Assembly: GCA_016189835.1 (NCBI GenBank)
Contig: JACPRU010000065.1
Location: forward strand, 260-64,259
Origin: Deltaproteobacteria bacterium
GTDB lineage: Bacteria > Desulfobacterota > Binatia > JACPRU01
Length of the DNA stretch: 64,000 nucleotides
Direction of reading: 5' to 3'
Below, in pieces: positions 58,772 to 64,000 of this stretch. The notes beneath the pieces are model-generated. The model did no database searches. It worked only from the letters and a program-made list of their open reading frames with translations, and had not been told where the DNA came from. The position numbers were made by a program, and so were the translations under genes. Position 1 is the stretch's first letter, and each line of letters begins with the position of its first letter.

Positions 58772-60376
58772 ATGTTGTACGAAGACCGCGTCGCCCAGTT
58801 TCGTTGGCAGATCCCAGACGAGTTCAACTTCGCATCGGACGTGATCGACGCCTATGCGGAGGATCGCAGCCGTCTGGCGCTGGTGTGGGAGAACGAGAGC
58901 GGCGAGGAAGCCCGTCACACGTTCTGGGATTTCGCGGAAAAGAGCCGCCGCTTCGCCAACGTACTGCGCGGGCTCGGCATCGAGCGCGGGGATCCGGTGA
59001 TGATCATGCTGCCGCGGATTCCCGAATGGCAGATCGCTTTTCTCGGCGCGTTACGGCTCGGCGCTCTGGTCATCCCCTGCACCGCGCAGCTACGTGCCAA
59101 GGACATAATTTATCGGGCAAACCACAGCGCGGCGCGGGCGATCGTCACGAGCGCGGAAAACCGCGAGCTGATAGAGGGGGTGCGTGCCGAATGCCCATCG
59201 CTTCGCGCGCTCGTCGCCGTCGGCGATCCGCCGAGGGGGTGGACGGGGTTTCACGAGGCGCTGCGCGGCGCGCGGCGCTCGTTCGAGAGGGTGCCGACGC
59301 GCAGCACCGACCCGGCGATTTGCTTCTACACTTCCGGCACGACCAAGGACCCCAAGGCGGTGCTCCATTCTCACGCCTACACGCTGGCGCATCGCCTGAC
59401 CGGCGAAGCGTGGCTCGACGTGCGTCGCACCGACCTGCATTGGACCACGTCGGACACCGGCTGGGCGAAGGCCGCCTGGAGCGTGCTCTTCGGGCCGTGG
59501 AATCTCGGGGTGCCGATCTTCATGTACAACGGCCGGTTCGAACCCAAGAAGGAGCTTCAGCTTCTCGAGAAGCATCAGATTAACACGTTCTGTGCCCCGC
59601 CCACCGAATATCGGCTGCTCGTCAAGGAGGATCTGGCGGGCTACGACGTGTCGAAGCTCCGGCATTGCGTCGGGGCCGGGGAACCGCTCAACCCCGAGGT
59701 CATCGAGCAGTGGAAGAAGGCCTACGGCCTCACGATCCACGACGGCTACGGACAGACCGAGACGATCATCCTGGTCGGAAACTTCGTCGGCCTGCCGGTG
59801 CGCGCAGGCTCGATGGGGAAGCCAGCGCCCGGCCACGACGTCCGCGTCGTCGATGAATCGGGCGCGGAGGCGCCCGCCGGCGAGGTCGGCGAGGTCGCGC
59901 TGCGGGGCCGCACGCCATCGCTGTTTCTCGAATACTGGAAGAACCCCGAGGAGAGCAGCGCCTGCTGGCGAGGCGATTACTATCTCACCGGCGACCGCGC
60001 CTATCGCGACGAGCAGGGCTACTTCTGGTTCGTCGGCCGGGCCGACGACGTGATCATCTCGGCGGGCTACCGGATCGGGCCGTTCGAGGTCGAGAGCGCG
60101 TTGCTGACCCATCCCGCGGTGCTCGAGTCGGCGGTGGTGGCGAGCCCGGACCCGATCCGCGGAGCGGTCGTCAAGGCCTTCATCAAGCTTCGACCCGGAC
60201 ACGCGGGGTCCGACGGGCTCGCGAAACGAATCCAGGACCACGTGAAGCAGATCACCGCGCCGTACAAGTATCCTCGCGAGGTCGAGTTCGTGGACGAGCT
60301 GCCGAAGACGGTGAGCGGAAAGATCCGCCGCGTCGAGCTGCGCGAGCGCGAGGAGAGCCGCAAGCGCGGGCGCTGA
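58772..60376 (+). CDS. Medium-chain acyl-CoA synthetase (AMP-forming)
   Basis: YTSGTTKDPK, SDTGWAKA, GYGQTET, GRADDVIISAGYRIGPFEVE, PKTVSGKIRR. Confidence 0.94.
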   Translation: MLYEDRVAQFRWQIPDEFNFASDVIDAYAEDRSRLALVWENESGEEARHTFWDFAEKSRRFANVLRGLGIERGDPVMIMLPRIPEWQIAFLGALRLGALVIPCTAQLRAKDIIYRANHSAARAIVTSAENRELIEGVRAECPSLRALVAVGDPPRGWTGFHEALRGARRSFERVPTRSTDPAICFYTSGTTKDPKAVLHSHAYTLAHRLTGEAWLDVRRTDLHWTTSDTGWAKAAWSVLFGPWNLGVPIFMYNGRFEPKKELQLLEKHQINTFCAPPTEYRLLVKEDLAGYDVSKLRHCVGAGEPLNPEVIEQWKKAYGLTIHDGYGQTETIILVGNFVGLPVRAGSMGKPAPGHDVRVVDESGAEAPAGEVGEVALRGRTPSLFLEYWKNPEESSACWRGDYYLTGDRAYRDEQGYFWFVGRADDVIISAGYRIGPFEVESALLTHPAVLESAVVASPDPIRGAVVKAFIKLRPGHAGSDGLAKRIQDHVKQITAPYKYPREVEFVDELPKTVSGKIRRVELREREESRKRGR

Positions 60377-60415
60377 GTGCGAACGCGCGGTGCGCGTCCG
60401 GCGCGTCGGGCTTGC

Positions 60416-60444
60416 TTGACACGTCCGGAAGCGAGACGTAAATT
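60416..60444 (+). promoter_or_regulatory. Sigma-70 promoter of rpoD
   Basis: TTGACA-N17-TAAATT. Confidence 0.8.
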
Positions 60445-60583
60445 GTCGAGCGGATTGTCGTCCGCACGCCCGCTCCTTCTGAGGGACTCACTCTCTGACG
60501 ATCTCCGCTAGACCGCGTCGTGCAACTCGCGTGATGCGCCTCGTACCCTGGTCTCGTTAGGGCTAGGTTCCGAAAGCAGGTCC

Positions 60584-62419
60584 ATGGCGAAACAAGCTCC
60601 GTCGCGAGGTGCCGCTCCCGGCAAGGCGCCGGCAACGGCCAAGGTCGCGAGCGCCTCGGCCGCCGTCGACAAGAAGCAAGATCCGAAGAAGATCCGCAAG
60701 CTGATCGACCTGGGCAAGGAGCGCGGCTACCTCACGTACACGGAGGTCAACGAGGCCGTTCCGCGCGAGGGGTCCACCCCCGAAGAGCTCGACAGCGTGA
60801 TGTCGATGCTCGGCGACATGGACATCGAGGTCGTCGAGTCCATGGAAGAGGACGGATTTACGCCCGAGGCGGAGCCCGAGCCGGAAGCCGAGCCCGAGGT
60901 CGAGGCGCCGGAGCCCGAGGAGCGCTCGTTCGGCGACACGTCGGACCCCGTACGGATGTACCTGCAGGAGATGGGCGGCGTTCCGCTCCTCTCCCGCGAG
61001 GAAGAGGTGGCGATCGCCAAGGAGATCGAGGCCGGCAAGATGCAGGTCGCCGACGAGGTGTTCTCGGTCCCGCTCGCGCTGCACTACGTGACGACGATGG
61101 CCGAGAAGCTGAAGAGCGGCGAGGTCGAAGCCCGCCAGGTGCTCTTCGACGAGGACGACGAGGTCGACTCCCCGGAGAAGGAACAGCGCCGCGTGCAAGC
61201 CTTCCTGAAGGCGGTGAGCCCGCTCAAGCGGCACGCGGCGGAGCGCGGCAAGCTGGCGACGTCGGCGAAGAAGGCCAGCGCCAAGGACGTCGCCAAGCGC
61301 GAGAAGAAGCTCGTGGCGCTGCACGAGAAGATCAAGGCCGGACTGGTCGCGCTCGATCTCGGCGAGCGCCACATCGCGGCGATCGTCGACAAGCTCAAGG
61401 AAGCGACGGACCTGATCCGTACCCACGAACGGACGGTACGGGACTTCGAGACCAGGAGCGGAAAACCGGTGGCGGAGCTGATCCGCTCGAGCGCCCGCCT
61501 GCGGGCAGGCGACAAGAAGGTCGCGCGCGCGATCACCCTGGCGCTGAAGATGCCCGCCGAGGAGATCCAGCGCCTCGCCGAGAAGGTCCGGGCGGGCCGG
61601 AAGCGGGTCGCCGAGGTCGAGACCGAGATCGGCATGTCGCGCGACTCGATGTTCGCTTCGCTGCGCCGCATCCTCGAGGGCGAATACAAGGCCCAAGAGG
61701 GCAAGCGCCGGCTCATCGAGGCCAATCTCCGCCTCGTCGTATCGATCGCCAAGCGATACACCAATCGAGGCCTCGGCTTTCTCGATCTGATCCAGGAAGG
61801 CAACATCGGTCTGATGCGCGCGGTCGACAAGTTCGAGTACCAGCGCGGTTACAAGTTCTCGACCTACGCCACGTGGTGGATCCGCCAATCGGTGTCGCGC
61901 GCGATCGCCGACCAGGCGCGCACGATCCGCATCCCGGTGCACATGATCGAGACCATCAACAAGGTGCTGCGCACCTCGCGCTATCTGGTGCAGCAGCTCG
62001 GCCGGGAGCCGAGCCCGGACGAGATCGCCAAGCAGATGGAGATGCCGGCGGACAAGATTCGCAAGGTGTTGAAGATCGTCAAGGAGCCGGTCTCTCTCGA
62101 AACGCCGATCGGCGACGACGAGGAGTCGAGTCTCGGCGACTTCGTCGAAGATCGGCAGAGTCTGTCGCCTGCCGATGCGGCCATGTATCTGAACCTCGAG
62201 GAGCAGACGCGCAAGGTGCTCGCCACGCTCACGCCCCGCGAGGAGCAGATCCTGCGCATGCGCTTCGGCATCGGCGAAAAGACCGACTACACGCTCGAGG
62301 AAGTGGGTCAACGGTTCGCGGTGACCCGCGAGCGCATCCGCCAGATCGAGGCGAAGGCGCTGCGCAAGCTGCGCAATCCGTCGCGCGTCAAGTCCCTCGA
62401 AGCCTTCGTTCAGAACTGA
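60584..62419 (+). CDS. rpoD: RNA polymerase primary sigma factor
   Basis: Region 1.1 [56 protein letters not shown]. Confidence 0.96.
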   Translation: MAKQAPSRGAAPGKAPATAKVASASAAVDKKQDPKKIRKLIDLGKERGYLTYTEVNEAVPREGSTPEELDSVMSMLGDMDIEVVESMEEDGFTPEAEPEPEAEPEVEAPEPEERSFGDTSDPVRMYLQEMGGVPLLSREEEVAIAKEIEAGKMQVADEVFSVPLALHYVTTMAEKLKSGEVEARQVLFDEDDEVDSPEKEQRRVQAFLKAVSPLKRHAAERGKLATSAKKASAKDVAKREKKLVALHEKIKAGLVALDLGERHIAAIVDKLKEATDLIRTHERTVRDFETRSGKPVAELIRSSARLRAGDKKVARAITLALKMPAEEIQRLAEKVRAGRKRVAEVETEIGMSRDSMFASLRRILEGEYKAQEGKRRLIEANLRLVVSIAKRYTNRGLGFLDLIQEGNIGLMRAVDKFEYQRGYKFSTYATWWIRQSVSRAIADQARTIRIPVHMIETINKVLRTSRYLVQQLGREPSPDEIAKQMEMPADKIRKVLKIVKEPVSLETPIGDDEESSLGDFVEDRQSLSPADAAMYLNLEEQTRKVLATLTPREEQILRMRFGIGEKTDYTLEEVGQRFAVTRERIRQIEAKALRKLRNPSRVKSLEAFVQN

Positions 62420-62496
62420 TTTCGCCGCTCCCCGCGGCGCTCCCGCTCTTTCTCCGAATCGGCCCCGCCGCTTGCAGGTCTGCAAAGGAGGTACGG

Positions 62497-62670
62497 ATGC
62501 TCAAGGATCTGGAAAAGGAATTGAAGCGATGGCGCGAGAAGCGGGCCCAGAAGCCGCCCCTCCCTCCGCGTGAAGCCGCCGCCCCGTCTTCGGCGACCGA
62601 TCGCCGTACCGTGCGCGTCAACGGCCAGGAAGTCGTGGTCGTCAAGAAGGGCCGCAAGGCTCTCGCCTGA
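62497..62670 (+). CDS. 57-aa basic hypothetical protein
   Basis: Perfect AAAGGAGGT RBS; MLKDLEKELKRWREKR...TVRVNGQEVVVVKKGRK. Confidence 0.7.
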   Translation: MLKDLEKELKRWREKRAQKPPLPPREAAAPSSATDRRTVRVNGQEVVVVKKGRKALA

Positions 62671-62683
62671 ACTCGTCCGTTCG

Positions 62684-63826
62684 CTACAGATCGAGATGCC
62701 GCGCCACCGCTTCGCGATGGACCGGCGCCGACCCGAACGCCGCCTCGTTCGCCAGAGCCCGGCGATAGTAGAGGTGGACGTCGTGCTCCCAGGTGAAGCC
62801 GATGCCGCCGTGCACCTGGATCGCCGCGGCGGTGACGTTCTTCCCCACGTCGGAGGTCAGGGCCTTGGCCATGGCGACGGCCGCGGCGGCGTCGCGCTTG
62901 CGGCCCGCCGCCGCCCAGACCGCGTAGTAGCTGAGCGAACGCGCGTTCTCGACCGCCATCATCATGTCGACGCACTTGTGCTTCACCGCCTGGAAGCTGC
63001 CGATCGGCCGGCCGAATTGTCGGCGCTCGAGCGCGTAGCGAACCGATAGGTCGAGCGCCCGCTGCGCGGCGCCGACCGTCTCGACGCACAACCCCGCGAT
63101 GGCGGCCCGCAGCAGGCGCGCGAGGATCGCCCAGCCCTCGCCGACGCGTCCGAGGACGTGCTGCGGAGCGACCAGCACGCGATCGAGCGAAACGTGGGCG
63201 AGCCGTCGCGTCATGTCGACGGTCTTCAACGCCGCGATCGACAGGCCGGGCGCGCCGCGCTCGACGAGAAACAGCGTGATCCCGCGCTGCGGATTCCTCC
63301 TCGCCGGGGCGCTTCGCGCGGCGACGACGATCCAATCGGCGGTGAGGGCGTCGGGCACGAACAGCTTTTCCCCACTCAGAACGAAGTCGCCGCGCCGCCG
63401 CCTCGCCGACAGCTCGATGCCTGCGGCGTCGATTCCGCCGGATGGCTCGAGCAGCGCGACGGTCACCAGAGCCGAGCCGTCGGCGATCCGGGGCAGCAGC
63501 TTGGCGCGCTGCGCGGCGGATCCGCCGAGCGAGATCGCTACGCCGCCGAGCAGGACGGTGGAGAAGAACGGGCCGGGCAGCAGAGTCTTGCCGGTCTCCT
63601 CGAGGATCACCGCGGCATCGAGCAGATTTCCGCCGCTTCCGCCGAAGCGCCGGGGGATCAGCAGGCCCAGCCAGCCGAGCTCCGCGAGCTTCTTCCAGAG
63701 GTCGGTGGAATGCCCGCTCTCGTGCTCCATCATCTTACGCACGAACGTCGGCGGGCACTCGGCGTCGAGAAACTTCCGGGCGCTCTCGCGCAGCATCTCC
63801 TGAGCTTCGCTGAATCCGAAGTTCAT
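62684..63826 (-). CDS. Acyl-CoA dehydrogenase family protein
   Basis: RRQFGRPIGSFQAVKH, IQVHGGIGFTWEHD. Confidence 0.94.
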   Translation of the reverse strand: MNFGFSEAQEMLRESARKFLDAECPPTFVRKMMEHESGHSTDLWKKLAELGWLGLLIPRRFGGSGGNLLDAAVILEETGKTLLPGPFFSTVLLGGVAISLGGSAAQRAKLLPRIADGSALVTVALLEPSGGIDAAGIELSARRRRGDFVLSGEKLFVPDALTADWIVVAARSAPARRNPQRGITLFLVERGAPGLSIAALKTVDMTRRLAHVSLDRVLVAPQHVLGRVGEGWAILARLLRAAIAGLCVETVGAAQRALDLSVRYALERRQFGRPIGSFQAVKHKCVDMMMAVENARSLSYYAVWAAAGRKRDAAAAVAMAKALTSDVGKNVTAAAIQVHGGIGFTWEHDVHLYYRRALANEAAFGSAPVHREAVARHLDL

Positions 63827-63926
63827 GCTCGCCTCCACGGACCGCATAGGACCGCCCGCCGGGCCGGTCAAGATCGCGCGGCGCGCTTATCGAATGCCGC
63901 GTTCTAGGATATAGAGCGCGCCGCCG

Positions 63927-64000
63927 ATGAAATTCAGCCAGCTGCTCGCGCCGACGCTCAAGGAAGATCCCGCGGATGCCGAGGTCGCGAGCCACAGGCT
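63927..64000 (+). CDS. proS: Proline-tRNA ligase, N-terminus only (runs off the right edge)
   Basis: MKFSQLLAPTLKEDPADAEVASHR. Confidence 0.85.
   Translation, partial: MKFSQLLAPTLKEDPADAEVASHR

Noticed and set aside
60866-60920. GAGCCC/GAGCCG short repeats in rpoD
   Set aside because: They encode the ordinary acidic Glu-Pro linker between regions 1.1 and 1.2.

Overview
High-GC bacterial chromosomal window. Gene content and protein style suggest a Deltaproteobacteria-like lineage such as Binatota; this is inference only. Bases 1-3520 are an accessory, partly decayed region that reads as an integron gene-cassette array. It holds one intact attC (731-868), one collapsed attC (1572-1589) and an attC right-arm remnant (3494-3520). 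These sites flank three toxin-antitoxin modules (two HigB/HigA-type and one BrnT/BrnA with a broken toxin), an IS630 remnant and type I restriction-modification debris. No integrase is in the window. The rest is core or metabolic: a double CoA-transferase, a RavA/ViaA-like pair with an intervening small gene, a Liv ABC transporter, a tandem-duplicated UvrA, a DUF58/VWA cluster, gloB, dsbD, ribB fused to a degenerate RibA domain, tpx, egtB, glmS with an acetyltransferase-only glmU, a glycerol kinase-like gene, cstA, a long gmhA-containing operon, pcrA/uvrD, an acyl-CoA synthetase, rpoD, an acyl-CoA dehydrogenase and the start of proS. Signals the ORF track misses include a probable selenoprotein rhodanese (in-frame TGA plus a SECIS-like hairpin), the attC array, and sigma-54 promoters in front of uncharacterised small genes, among them a tandem paralog pair coupled to pcrA. 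All protein calls come from motif recognition by eye; no database search was run.
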